Below are positions 16,008-30,706 of a stretch of DNA of 64,000 nucleotides, in pieces. The stretch is from the human T2T-CHM13v2.0 reference genome, Homo sapiens. Numbering within the stretch: position 1 is the stretch's first letter; each line of letters begins with the position of its first letter. The notes under the pieces were generated by a model. It ran no database searches, had not been told where the DNA came from, and saw nothing but the letters and a program-made list of their open reading frames with translations. The DNA is taken from NCBI RefSeq assembly GCF_009914755.1, contig NC_060927.1, one strand, 5' to 3'. A program made the translations under genes and the position numbers.

Positions 16008-16563
16008 CATTCAGCTAACTTTTTTAAAGTATTTTTGAATCACTGAAGTGCTTAATCATGGAAGTAACCAGACCACCATTCATTTGCATGATTCTGTTAA
16101 TGCCATATATAGTATTTCATAGAATGATCCTTCCTCATTTTTCAAAAATGTGCTTATAAAATTTGTGATGACAATTGAACAGCCCAACCCTATGAAATGG
16201 TAATTTATGCAGCAATAAAAAATAAATAAATTCATATAATGTAGGCTTGCAGCTGAAGACAGCTGTGTTAAACATGTTTTTTAGTCTGTTACATCAAAGT
16301 AATACATACAGTGCTGTACGAAAATGTGTAGGGCGAATGTCTTTGAGGTGCCCACATATAAGCTGTGCTTTTGTACCCACTGTGTGAATATGAGGGAAGT
16401 CATTGTTCTGTACCCATCAGGAATAACACATGCAATGATGAAAATATTAAAAATGCCTTTCTTTCAGATGGTGCAGTCTTTTTACAGCTATTATCTCACT
16501 TGCCTTAAGTGCCATTTGAAAAAAAATTTCTCAGGGATATTGTTATCTAACTTCTTTGAATTA

Positions 16564-17041
<478 letters not shown>

Positions 17042-17358
17042 TTACCTAGAATCTCTGTTTCCAACTGTTCAGACCCCAATATTCCATGTAACTCTACCTG
17101 TAGCTAGCAAGAAAAGTAAAATCAGAGGATGAAAGCAAAGGAGAATGGACCATCTGATGAAATAAACTTATAATGTAGAATAACTTGCCAGAAGAAGTAA
17201 CAGCACAGATTTGGTCACAAAACAGCCTAGAGGAAGGCCAAGAGAGGAAAATGTCCTATACCACAAGATATAAATCAGTTACCTAACAGATTTTTGTTGT
17301 TTTGTTTTATTGGTTAATCTCCTAACTTCTGTGATATGTTAATTAGCATGAAAAAGGA

Positions 17359-17364
<6 letters not shown>

Positions 17365-17415
<51 letters not shown>
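17365..17415. repeat. (TG)n microsatellite
   Basis: About 25 TG units with one interruption. Confidence 0.97.
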
Positions 17416-18239
17416 TCAGCTACAAAGGTAAAAGAATATCAGGTGCTCAGGTATGAAATAATTGATCCATAGTTCTGGAAGTCCATCACAAATTGGCTTA
17501 AGCAGAATTTTTAAAAAGTGAAATTGGAATGTGATTGTTTGAGAGCCAAAACTGCATTCTTTGAGTATAATTTTACTAGTAGCCATTCATGTATTTATTA
17601 TGTAGAGTGTCCTGTCAAACAAAATGAAAGGCTATATTTTGTCTTCTCCACATGTAATCTAGAGCCAAGAATGAAAACCACATAATATATTTTTAGGATT
17701 AAACCATTTATTACTGATAGATAATGACAGAGCAGAAACAGGAGGCACCAGTTAGTCTGCATTAGCTCATGAGCCTGGATAACTTTTTTGTGAACTCTAA
17801 AGATTTGTGAAATTCTATCATTTGCATTAACTTTCTGATAAATTTCTGATGTGGTCAGTGGTCCTCTAGCCCCTGGTCACTGAAACTCATTCTGCACACT
17901 GCCAAGAGGTATCTACCCTTAGAAGATCTTTGCCCAAAATTTCCCCCTTCAAGTGCTTTTTAGAAAGAATGAGCACCTTTGCCAAATCTACCAAGCCTCC
18001 TCTCTGGCCAATTACTTTGGCTACTGTGGGGGAGGGAATCCTAGCATGTAGGAAGATGTGTAGTAAGAATAGAAAGATCTATGTTTTACTCAGAATTCTG
18101 CCTGGTTGAGAAGGTAAGATAAGTATATGATAAAATCAAGGATCATATTCAGCTAATGTTTATTGAGTACATTCTTTGTTGCCAAACATCAGCCCCAAAG
18201 CACAGTATATAGATATTAACAAACACAGGATTAGGTTAA

Positions 18240-18385
18240 TAAGGAACTTGGACAACTGGAATTCCCAGGTTAAATAAACTGAGGATATTGCTCTTAGAAG
18301 AAAAGATTTAGTGGAAATGAGATAACTCGTGTTAAAAATAAATACTTAAAGGGGTTGCCGTGAGGAAGGTATAAGGGGCAGGGTA
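18240..18385 (+). mobile_element. CR1/L3 fragment
   Basis: aactgaggatattgctcttagaagaaaagatttag...aaatacttaaaggggttgccgtgaggaagg resembles the CR1 RT C-terminal segment. Confidence 0.45.
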
Positions 18386-18587
18386 CCAGGTATATATGGT
18401 TAGAAGTTGCATATTCTGCTTATCCTTTTTTAATTTAAAACACAGACTACTAGAAATAAAGTTCAAAAGTTAATTGGAGTAAAGAGAAGATTGAACAAAA
18501 AATCATCCTAGGGGGTCAAAGGTTGTTTTAAAAGGTTGAGAAAACTGCAATTGGTTCTCTAAAATTAGTCTCAAGAAAGTGATCTAG

Positions 18588-18842
18588 GGCCCATCATGGT
18601 GGCTCACGCCTGTAATTCCAACACTTTGGTAGGCTGAGGTGGGCAGATTGCATGAGCCCAGGAGTTCAAGACCAGCCCGAACAACATGGCGAAACCTCAT
18701 CTCTACAACAAATAGAAAAATTAGCTGGGCATGGTGGTGCACGCCTGTGGTACTGGGGAGGTTGAGGTGGGAGGATAGCTTGAGCCAAGATCATACCACT
18801 ATACTTCAGCCTGGGTGACAGCAAGACCCTGTCTCAAAAAAA
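18588..18842 (+). mobile_element. AluJ-like with internal deletions
   Basis: Both arms are present. The right arm has lost the segment between two tgagcc motifs. Confidence 0.9.
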
Positions 18843-18878
18843 CAAGGTGAGCTTGCCAATTCATACTTTTAAAATTAA

Positions 18879-19226
<348 letters not shown>

Positions 19227-20054
19227 TGAGAAAAGCTTTTTAAAGTTCTGTTGGATATATTCATAAAACACATTGGGGGTTAAAGTCAGTATGACCACAG
19301 AACACATTTGTACCACAATACTTTGATACTAATAGGACTTAATGAGATACAGTTCGCACGTGGACCCAAGTCAACAGCAAGAAGTTTATTCACAGATAAA
19401 TTAATGTCTATAAGATATTAAAATTTATTTCACTTGTGTTTTCATTGTTATAAGAGGAAAAAAGATAGAAAATCTAAATTGTTTTTATTTTAATAAGAAC
19501 CAGATATCTCAAATATGTTCAAATTATAAGATGTAAAGATAGCTTACATCAATAGAATGGTTGGTAGATGTTGCTCATGCATCAATCTGTAAATTGAATG
19601 GGATGTGTCCCAGGAACAGGTGTTTTTTCATGAAGCTTGTGGCATTAGATATGCCCTCCACTCCATTGCCATAAAGACATATCATTGTAAAATAAAGAGA
19701 ATAGTATGTGTGCTTCAGGGGGTTTTGCATATTTTTTAAATAAAGAAAAAGTATATCACTGGCATACATTATTTTTAACAACACAGTTTTAGACATACTA
19801 GTGACGGTTAGTTTTTCTGAAAGTTGATAGTGAAAGAAATAGACGAGAACAGGAGTTACAGGGCTTATATGAGGTTGGTAGGTATATTTTTATTTTTTTA
19901 ATGGGGAGAATTAAGATACTTGTTTGTCAAAGAGAATTACCAACTGCACATGGAGAGAAGAAATTGAAGAAATTGATGAAGATTAAATGAAGTGGTGATG
20001 GGTGTGGGCCTAAGAACTCAAGTAGAAGGAGGAGAATGGTTCTTCCTCTAGTCT

Positions 20055-20232
20055 AGTGGCCCTAAGCGGGGGATTCTTTTGCCCCACCCCCAGGGGATGG
20101 TAGGAAGTATTATGGCATCTAGTGAGTAGAAGCCAGGGTTTCTGCTAAATGTCTGCAGTACAGAGGACAACCCTCCACAGCAAAGAGTTATTCAGACCAA
20201 AATGTCTATAGTGCCAAGGTGGAGAAACCCTG
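20055..20232 (+). mobile_element. MER20 (hAT-Charlie)
   Basis: ggcatctagtgagtagaagccagg...ccaaaatgtctatagtgccaaggtggagaaaccctg. Flanked by ctctagtc and atctagtt, which fit a hAT-type target. Confidence 0.85.
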
Positions 20233-20241
20233 ATCTAGTTA

Positions 20242-20916
<675 letters not shown>

Positions 20917-21553
20917 TTATTTAAACTAAGGGAGTTTGAACCCTCTGGCCTTAATCTTATTAAAATAGAAAGCCACATGTCTGACAAGACTAACAATTCT
21001 GTTATTAACATGACCCAAAGTCAGAATTAGTTTAGCACAGTCCCAAGACCTCAGTTATTTTCTTCACAGGTGCATGTAATGAAACTTTTTTGAAATTCCA
21101 TTTTAAATTGCATGCATATGTCCAATGAGCAAGTCAGCAAAAAGAAATGTTTTTATTAACTTAAAAAATAACATTCTAGCAGTAAACATTTCATTAACTT
21201 GATCTGGCAAACAATAATGCACATAGTTCTAGAACAGAGCTGCCAGTCTCTCATCCTGTTGGATTCTTGAAAGATGTTGAGGATACTGTTCTTCCAGGCC
21301 ATCATTCTGTTTCTTAAGAATAGCTCTTTTTTCTCTAATCAAATGAAAGTAAAAAAGAAGCTGATACACCAAAATGTAAGGTTAAGCTGTAATTTCATTG
21401 CTTGTCAATACATACTTCTTAAGAATCTTCTTTTTATATTCTTCAGTTTCAATAACTTTTTTTTCTATAAGTGAACAAAAGCTAAAAGAATTGTGGGATC
21501 TTTTATCTTTATTTTAATCCAACCATATATTCTTTTTAGAAAGTCTGAAATTT

Positions 21554-21908
<355 letters not shown>

Positions 21909-23872
21909 TCAATTCTGTAGGTTTCTCTTATAAGAAAAACTTTGTTTTAAAGACCATTTCCAAAGTCCAGTTGTATTTTCTTGGTTTGATTCTGACTGGT
22001 AGTTAGATGATGCAAACAAAAAAGAAATTAACCCTTTCTATTTGTTTCCTTTAAACATAAAAAAAGCATTGTCTGGATTGCCTCTATAACTTTTACAGAA
22101 ACATAGTATAATAACACTTAAACTTCCACCATTGACCCATTGTTCTTGGGCTGTTCTTTCATTGGTAATTTTTATTCCAAATCTGGCAGGTGCCTTCATT
22201 CTCCTGGCTTCTGCCTTGGTTTCTATTAAAGCTTCTTTCAGCACTCGGAGTAATTGGGAACTTTCTGTTTTCAAATTTCTGTACGGAATTATCAGAAGTG
22301 TAGTGTGACTGTGTCTATACCTTTAGAGCAGGTACATTTTTTATGGACTTCAAAGGAAAAATTAGGAATTATTTTTCTCAACAAATTCTTCCATCTCATA
22401 AACTTACTTAGCATTTGTTTTGTGATTCACTCACAGTTCATAGGGTGCTTTCATATACATTATCTTGTTTGGACCTAGCAACAACTGTATGACATGGGTA
22501 TTATAATTTTCTTGGAGATAAATTAAATGTAAGTTTAGTGAGGCTTATGACTCCAAAGCTCACAAAGCCAACCTCTGTTCTGATTCCTGCTTTATATGCT
22601 CTGGTCTGAGTTCTGCTCTGCTTTCTCAGGGGCTCTTGACTGCATGTCTAGGATTCTAGGTACTAAATGTAGAGGTGGGGGTGAGGCAAGAGTGAGGAAA
22701 CAGGAAAATCCCCCAGACAAGAAGACTATCACTTCCCATTCTAGTATCTAATAACCCAATTACTGTGTCCCCCACATTTTCTGGAGACCCAAAACTACAG
22801 CACTCTGGATGTTTTCCTCAGTTGACTCCAACCCTTGACTCCATTTCCTTATTGGAGCTGTGACATTGTTATCTTAGTCCTCCTGTTCCTGCAGTTTCAC
22901 TGCTCTTGCAAGCTACTCTGACTTTATTTTGAAATATTTTCAGAGAGTGGAAGTATTACATTCAAAGCAATTTTTTCAAAATACTCAATTTAGTATCTTC
23001 CTCTATATATATATATATATTTTTTTTTTCTTTTTTTTGCAGAAAAATACCTAAGGAACAAAGTAAGGTAATCCTATTTAGTATGCTAATATGTTATCAA
23101 CATGTTAATATTAAAAGTTAGATATTGATTTGATAGAAAGGAAAATGGAAATAAATTTTTACTTACTCAGATCAGTTTCATAAAATCTCATTACTGTATG
23201 TAGTCAATGTTAAGATTTCAAGTGGATTTTAAAACTGGAGTAGTTATTTCCTTAGTTCCAAGACACCTGGTACGTGCTTAAGAGTGCAAGAGAGAGTTAT
23301 ACCCACCCAAAGCAATAATGCCAGTGGTTTATTTCTGACTATAATATTAAGAAGTATGAGTCTTTAAATCCCATAAAATGACTATTTTTGCAATTCTCTG
23401 TTTGCCGCTTTGTGTTTGTTTGAGAAAGAGAAATATATTGAACTTATATTTACCCAGCAGCTATTGTATGCCAGATACTGCCTATGCTCTAGAAATAAAA
23501 TAATGAACAAAACAGAAAGGCTAGTCCTAACAGAATTCTCACTGGGTGGTAGAGAGGGTAGTCAAGAGAGGAGAGAGAGGCAAAGATAGACAGAAAGAGA
23601 TAGACATTCTGTTTCTATATCAGGGCTTGAACCAGAAGCCACAGATTGCCAACTGAACCATGGCACCCAGTCATCAGAGAACTTAATATTGATCCGTTCA
23701 ATCTCTCTATTCACAGCTTACATTGAGAGCCCTATGCCCTTAGGCACTTGCTGAGTGCTGAGGACATAACAAAGTGAACACTAAATGTTCAGCCCCCAGC
23801 CCTAATTACACCTTCTCTCAACTTAAAGTCAAACTAACAAATGTGTATTAAATGAATATCTATTATGTGTTC

Positions 23873-24052
23873 CAGTGGTGGTTTTCAGTCATGGCCACAA
23901 TTAGAATTACTGGAGAGCCTCTAAATAATACCAATTCTTGTGCTTCACTTAAAACCAATTAAATCAGAATCTTAGAGATGATGTCCTGGCATCAGTATCA
24001 TTCCAAAGCCTCCTGGTATAATTCTGATATGCAGCCAGAGTTGAAAACCCAT
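23873..24052. mobile_element. MER5-family hAT element
   Basis: ccaattaaatcagaatct...ggcatcagtat...attctgatatgcagccagagttgaaaacc. Confidence 0.78.
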
Positions 24053-24790
24053 TTCCTATCAAGTGCCCACGGGAGGAAAAAAAGAAATATAAGAAAAAAA
24101 ATTTACCTATATTTGTAATAAAAAAAAATACCTTTCTGGAATTCCATAAAGAAGGTGGAAGAAGCAAACATTTAATTTCCCTTCATATTTTCTCCAACAG
24201 ATAAATATTTGTTGACTCCCATCTATGCAGAGAGCAAATGAAAAAAGCATAAAGTCTGCCCCTTCCCTCAAGTAGCTTAAACTTTGGTTGGAAATAAAAG
24301 TCTCTGCCTTTTGGGAATTAAATAAAAATACAGGTGCTCCAGAAATATCCACAAATGACAAAGATGCCCATAATCTGGTCCATGAGTTCCCGTAAGGACA
24401 AATGTCACTGGGGGTCAGTCCTGACATAAGACCAAAAAAATTCTTCCCATCTCCCCCCATAATGGAATATAACAGGAAATATGCCCATTCTCATTCGATT
24501 TGCAGTAGAAAATTCCCACTAATTTACAAATAAGCAGCCTATTCTTCTTTAAGGAGAGAATGTTCTCATTAGAAATGTATGACCATTTCAAATGGCTGAT
24601 CTACCTGTTTGTGAAGTGTGAGGCCTACCTGCAGGGGCACACACCCTTCCAAAAGTTTTAAAACACTCAGTGAATGTCGCTGGTGAGGTTTTAGGAGTAA
24701 TAATAGTAATTGTTCCAAGGTATATTCCTATTGTTGAAAATATATGAAGTGATTTTATAATTTTTTAATTTAATTGATTTTAAATCTATC

Positions 24791-25161
24791 TTTTTTATGT
24801 TTATATATTTAGGAGGTACAAATGCACATTTCTTACATGCATATATTGCATCATGGTCAAGTCTGGGCTTTTAGTGTACCCATCACCCAAATCACAGACA
24901 TTGTACCCAATAGGTAATTTTTCAACCCTCACCCCCCTGCCACCCTCCCACCTTTTGTATTCTCCAGTGTCTGTTATTCTACTCTGTATGTCCATGTATA
25001 TCCATTGTGTAGCTCCCACTTATAGGTGAGAACATGCTGTATTTGACTGTTGCTGCGTTATTTCAGTGAGGATAATGGCCTCCAGTTCCATCTATGTTGC
25101 TGCAAAAAGACATGATTTTATTCTTTTTCTAAAGCCAGTAAATAGTATTCCATGGTGTGTG

Positions 25162-25204
<43 letters not shown>

Positions 25205-27559
25205 ATATATACACACATATATGTATATATGTGTGTATATATATACATATATAGGTATATATACACACATATGTATGTGTATATATGTGTATATATGTGT
25301 GTATATATACACACATATATGTGTATATATACGTATATATATGTGTGTGTGTATATATATATATACGTGTATATATATATACCACTCTTTCTTTATATAG
25401 TCCTCCATTAATGGACACTTAGGTTAATTCTGTATCTTTGCTATTGTGCATTGTGCTGTGATAAAAATACAAGTGCAGCTATCTTTTTGATATAATGATT
25501 TCTTTCCCTTTGGATATATATCCCAGTAGTGAAATTGCTGAATCAAATGGTAGTTCTATTTTTAGCTATTTGAGAAACCTCCACACTGTTTTGCATAAAG
25601 GTTGTACTAATTTACATTCCCATCAACAGTATATAAGTGTTTCCTTTTCTCTACATCCTTGCCAACATCTGTTGTTTTTTGACTCTTTAATAATAGCCAT
25701 TCTGACTGATATAAGGGAGTATCTTATTATGGTTTTAATTTGCAGTTCTCTGGTAATTAGTAATGTTGAGAATTTTTTCATGTTTGTTGGCTGCTTGTAT
25801 GTCTTCTTTTGAAAAATGTCCATTTTTTTGCCTACTTTTAAATGGGGTTATTTGGTTTTTTTCTTGTTGAGTTGTTTGAGTTCCTTGTAGATTCTGGTTA
25901 TTAGCCCTTTGTCAGATGCATAGTTGCAAATATTTTTTCCCATTCTATAGATGGTCTTTTTGCCCTGTTGATTATTTCTTTTGGTATACACAAGCTTTTT
26001 AGTTTAATTAAGTCCAATTTGTCTAGTTTTTTTTTGGTTACATTTGCTTTTGAGGACTTGGTCATAAATTCTTTGCCTAGGCCAATGTCTACAGTAGTTT
26101 TTCTTAGGTTTTGTTCTAAGGTTTTTATGGTTTCAGATCTTACATTTAGATCTTTAATCCATCTTGGGTTAATTTTTGTATGTGGTAAGAAGTATGAACC
26201 CAGTTTCATTCTTTTGCATGTGACTATCCAATTTTCCCAGCACCATTTATTGAACAGGTTGTCATTTCCTAATGTATATTTTTGTTGACCTTGTCAAAGA
26301 TCACTTGGTTGTAGGTATGCGGCCGTATTTCTGGGTTCTCTCTTCTGTTCCATTGATCTGTGTAACTGTTGTTATACCAGTGCCATGTTATTTTGGTTAC
26401 TATAGTCTTGTATAATTTGAGTAAGGTAATGTGATACCTCCAGCTTTGTTCTTTTTGCTTAGGATTTCTTTGGCTATTTGAGCTTTTTTTGGGTTTCATA
26501 TGAGTTTTAGGATTGTTTTTTCTACTTTGGTGAAAAATGACATTGGTGATCTGATAGAGATTACATTGAATATTATTAAAATTACATTTTAATAATATTG
26601 ATTCTTCAATCTATGAGCATGGATGTTTTTTCATTTGTTTATGTCATCTACAACTTCTTTCAGTTTTGGAGCTTGGAACTTCACTAGTTCATTTGTCAAA
26701 TCTAAGAGTTTTTTGGTGGAGTCTTCAGGGTTTTCTAGATATAAGATCATATCAGCAGCTAACAGGAAAAATTTGTCTTCCTCTTTTCCAATTTGAATGC
26801 CTCTTATTTCTTTCTCTTACCTGACTGCTCTGATGAAGACTTTGATACTGTGTTGAATAGGGGTGGTAAAAGTGGGCATCCTTGTCTTGTTCCAGTTCTT
26901 AGAGGGAATGCTTTTAACTTTTCCCCATTAAGTATGATATTGGGTGTGGGTTTGTCATATATGGTCTTTATTATGTTAATGTGTGTTCCTTCTATGCCTA
27001 GTTTGTTGAGGATTTTTATCATAAAAGGATGCTGAATTTTATCAAATGCTTTTTCTGTGTATATTGAGATAATACAGTTTTTGTCCTTAATTCTGTTGAT
27101 GTGACATATCATGTTTATTGATTTACATGTGTTGAACCATCCTTGCATCCCTGGGATAAATCGTACTTGATCATGATATATTATCTTTCTGATGTACTGG
27201 TTGATTTTATTTACTAGTATTTTGTTGATGATTTTTGTGTCTATGTTAATCAGGGATATTGGTTTATAGTTTTCAGTGTGTGTCCTTGTCTGATTTTGGC
27301 ATCAGGGTGATACTGGCCTCATAGAATAAGTTAGGGAGAATTCCTTCCATCTTGATTTTTTGGACAGTTTCAGGAGTATTGGATTTTGTTCTTTGTGTAT
27401 TTGGTAGAATTCAGCTGTGAATCCATTTGATCTTGTGCTTTTTGTTGTTGTTGTTTCTGGGAGATTTTTTATTACTGATTCAATCTTGCTACTCATTATT
27501 GGTCTGTTCAGGAGTACTATTTCTTCCTGGCTCAGTCTCAGTAGGTTTTGTGTTTCCAG
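24791..27559 (-). mobile_element. L1PB-like element, non-inverted 3' part (RT through 3'UTR)
   Basis: ORF remnants [27 protein letters not shown] (RT) and WIKDLNVR..EWEKIFA. L1PB-type 3'UTR. Many stops and frameshifts. Confidence 0.93.
25155..25381. repeat. Complex (TA)n/(TG)n/(CA)n microsatellite inside L1
   Basis: About 225 bp of alternating purine-pyrimidine sequence. It produces the YIY/THT ORFs. Confidence 0.97.
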
Positions 27560-30500
27560 CATTCAGATCAGAAAACAAAGATTACTAGACCTAAAGAAAG
27601 AGATAGATGGCAATACAATAATAGTAGGGGACTTTATTGTCCCACTCACAGCACTAGACAGATCATCAAGTCAGAAAAGTAACAAAGAAATATTGGACTT
27701 AAATTGGACTTTAAACCAAATGGACTTAACAGACATTTACAACAACATTCTTACCAGTAACTACAGAACATATATTTTCATCAGCAAATAGAAAATTCTC
27801 TGAGGTCGATCACATGTTAGGCCACAAAACAAGTCTTAGCAAATTTTTAAAAATCAAAATCATATCAAATATCTTCTCAGAACACAATGGAAAAAGGCTA
27901 GAAATCAATACAAGAGGAACTTTGGAACCTATACAAATACATGGAAATTAAACAGCATGTTCCTGAACAATCACTGGGTGTATTAGTCCATTTTCACACT
28001 GCTGATAAAGACATACCTGAGACTGGAAAGAAAAAGAGTGCACTCCCACGTGGCTGGGGAGGCCTCAGAATCATGGTGGGAGGCAAAAGGCACTTCTTAC
28101 ATGGGGGTGGCAAGAGAAAATGAGGAAGATGCAAAAGCAGAAACTCCTGATAAAACCATCAGATCTCATGAGACTTATTCACTACCACGAGAACAGTATG
28201 GGAGAAACTGCCTTCATGATTCAAATTATCTCCCACCGGGTCCCTCCCACAACACATGGGAATTATGGGAGTACAATTCAAGTTGAGATTTGGGTGGGGA
28301 CACAGCCAAACCCTATCATTCCACCCCTGGCCCCTCCAAATCTCATGTCCTCACATTTCAAAACCAATCATGCCTTCCCAACAGCACCCAAAGTCTTAAC
28401 TCATTTCAGCATTAACCCAAAACGCGCAGTCCAAAGTCTCATCTGAGACAAGGCAAGTCCCTTCCACCTATGAGCCAGTAAAATCAAAAGCAAGCTAGTT
28501 ACTTCCTAGATACAATGTGGGTACAGGTATTGGGTAAATACAGCTGTTCCAAATGGAAGAAATTGGCCAAAACAAAGGGGCTACGGGGCCCATGCAAGTC
28601 TGAAATTCAGTGGGGCAGTCAAATTTTAAAGCTCCAAAATGATCTCCTTTATCCCCAGGTCTCACATCCAGGTCACACTGATGTAAGAGGTGGGTTCCCA
28701 TGGTCTTAGGCAGCTCAGCCCCTGTGGCTTTGCAGGGTACAGCCTCCCTCCCAGCTGCTTTCATTGGCTGGCCTTGAGTATCTGCTGCTTTTCCAGGAGC
28801 ATGGTGCAAGCTGTTGGTGGATCTTCCATTCTGGGGTCTGGAGGATGGTGGCCCTCTTCTCACAGCTCCACTAGGCAGTGCCCAAGTAGGGACTCTGAGG
28901 GCTTCAGAGCACATTTGCCTTCCACACTGCCCTAGCAGAGGTTCTCTATGAGCGCCCTTCCCCTGCAGCAAACTTCTGCCTGGGCATCCAGGCGTTTCCA
29001 TACATCTTCTGACATCTAGGCAGAGGTTCCCAAACCCCAATCCTTGACTTCTGTGCACTCACAGGTTCAACACCACGTGGAAGCTGCCAAGGCTTGGGTC
29101 TTGTACCCTCTGAAGCCACAGCTCAAGGTCTGCGTTGGCCCCTTTCAGCAATGGCCAGAGCAGCTGGGACACAGGGCACCAAGTCCCTGGGCTGCACACA
29201 GCATGGGGATCCTGGGCCCAGCCCAGGAAACCATTTTCTCGTAGGCCTCTGGGCTGATGACTGGAGGGGCTTGTGTGAAGACCTCTGACATGCCCTGGAG
29301 ACATTTTCCCCATTGTCTTGGTGATTAACATTCGGCTCCTTGTTACTTATGTAAATTTCTGCAGCTGGCTTGAATTCCGCCTCAGAAAATGGGTTTTTCT
29401 TTTCTATCACATTGTTAGGCTGCAAATTTTCCAAAATTTTATGCTCTGCTTCCCTTACAAAACTGAATGCCTATAACAGCACCCAGGTCACCTCTTGAAT
29501 GCTTTGCTGCTTAGAAATTTCTTCCACCAGATACCCTAAATCATCTCTCTCAAGTTCAAAGTTTCACAAATCTCTAGGGCAGGGGCAAAATGCTGCCAAT
29601 CTCTTTGCTAAAACATAACAAGAGTCACCTTTGCTCCAGTTCCCAACAAGTTCCTCATTTCCATCTGAGACCACCTCAGCCTGGACCTTATTGTCCATAT
29701 CACTGCCAGGCCTTGGTCAAAGCCATTCAGCAAGTCTCTAGGAAGTTCCAACTTTCCCACATTTTCCTGTCTTCTTCTGAGCCCTCCAAACTGTTCCAAC
29801 CTCTGCCTTTTACCCAGTTCCAAAGCCACTTCCACATTTTCGGGTATCTTTTCAGCAATGCCCCACTCCACCAGTACCAATTGACTGTATTAGTCAGTTT
29901 TCATGCTGCTGATAAAGACATACCCAAGACTGGGAAGAAAAAGAGGTTTAATTGGACTTACAGTTCCACATGTCTGGGGAGTCCTCAGAATCATAGTGGG
30001 AGGCAAAAGGCGCTTCTTACATGGGGGTGGCAAGAGAAAATGAGGAAGATGCAAAAGCGGAAACTCCTGATAAAACCATCAGATCTCGTGAGACTTACTC
30101 ACTACCATGAGAACAGTATGGGGAAAACCGGCCCCATGATTCAAATTATCTCCCACCGAGTCCCTCCCACAACACATGGGAATTATGGGAGTACAATTCA
30201 AGATGAGATTTGGGTGGGGACACAGCCAAACCATATCACTGGGTCAATGAAGAAATTATAATGGAAATTTAAAATTTTTTCGAAACAAATGAAAATGAAA
30301 ACACAACATGCCTTAACCTATGGTATACAGCACAAGCAGTGCTAAATGGAAAGTTTATAGCATTAAATGCGTACATCAATAAAATATCTGAAATTAACAA
30401 CCTAACATCACAAACTAAACCCAAAGTTAGCAGAAGAAAAGAAATAACAAAGATCAGAGCAGAACTAAATGGAGTAGAAACAAGAAAAACCATACAAAGG

Positions 30501-30706
30501 ATGGACAAAATGAAAAGTTGGTTCTTTGAAAGGATAAACAAAATGGATAAACTGCTTGCTAGACTAACCAAGAAGAAGGTCCAAATAAAAATCAGAAATG
30601 ATAAAAGGAGGCATTTTTTACAACTGATACCAAGAAATATAAAAGATCACCAGAGACTATTAGGAACAACTATGTGCTCACAAACTAGAAAACCTAGAGG
30701 AAATGG
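27560..30706 (+). mobile_element. Inverted 5' part of the same L1 (endonuclease region), interrupted by THE1
   Basis: Translation NTIIVGDF..LDRSS..DLNWTLNQMDLTDIY, then [19 protein letters not shown]. Ends at aacctagaggaaatgg. Confidence 0.9.
27979..30238 (-). mobile_element. Complete THE1A-like MaLR (LTR-internal-LTR)
   Basis: LTRs at 27979-28318 and 29886-30238 with TG..CA ends. About 1.57 kb THE1 internal region. Perfect 5-bp TSD CTGGG at 27974-27978 and 30239-30243. Confidence 0.95.

Noticed and set aside
25066-25418. Several overlapping ORFs rich in Y/I/H/T/C/V
   Set aside because: Translations of a dinucleotide microsatellite.
26804-27791. ORFs with reverse-transcriptase and endonuclease motifs
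   Set aside because: Fragmented, dead L1 ORF2 remnants. They are not an active element or a new RT system.
28226-28240. DUX4 site in the THE1 LTRs
   Set aside because: Both LTRs read TAATTTGAATCA, one base longer than the 11-bp TAAYBBAATCA spacing.
28495-30261. Longest ORFs (187 aa and 223 aa)
   Set aside because: They lie in THE1 internal and LTR sequence, with no evidence of a domesticated gene.
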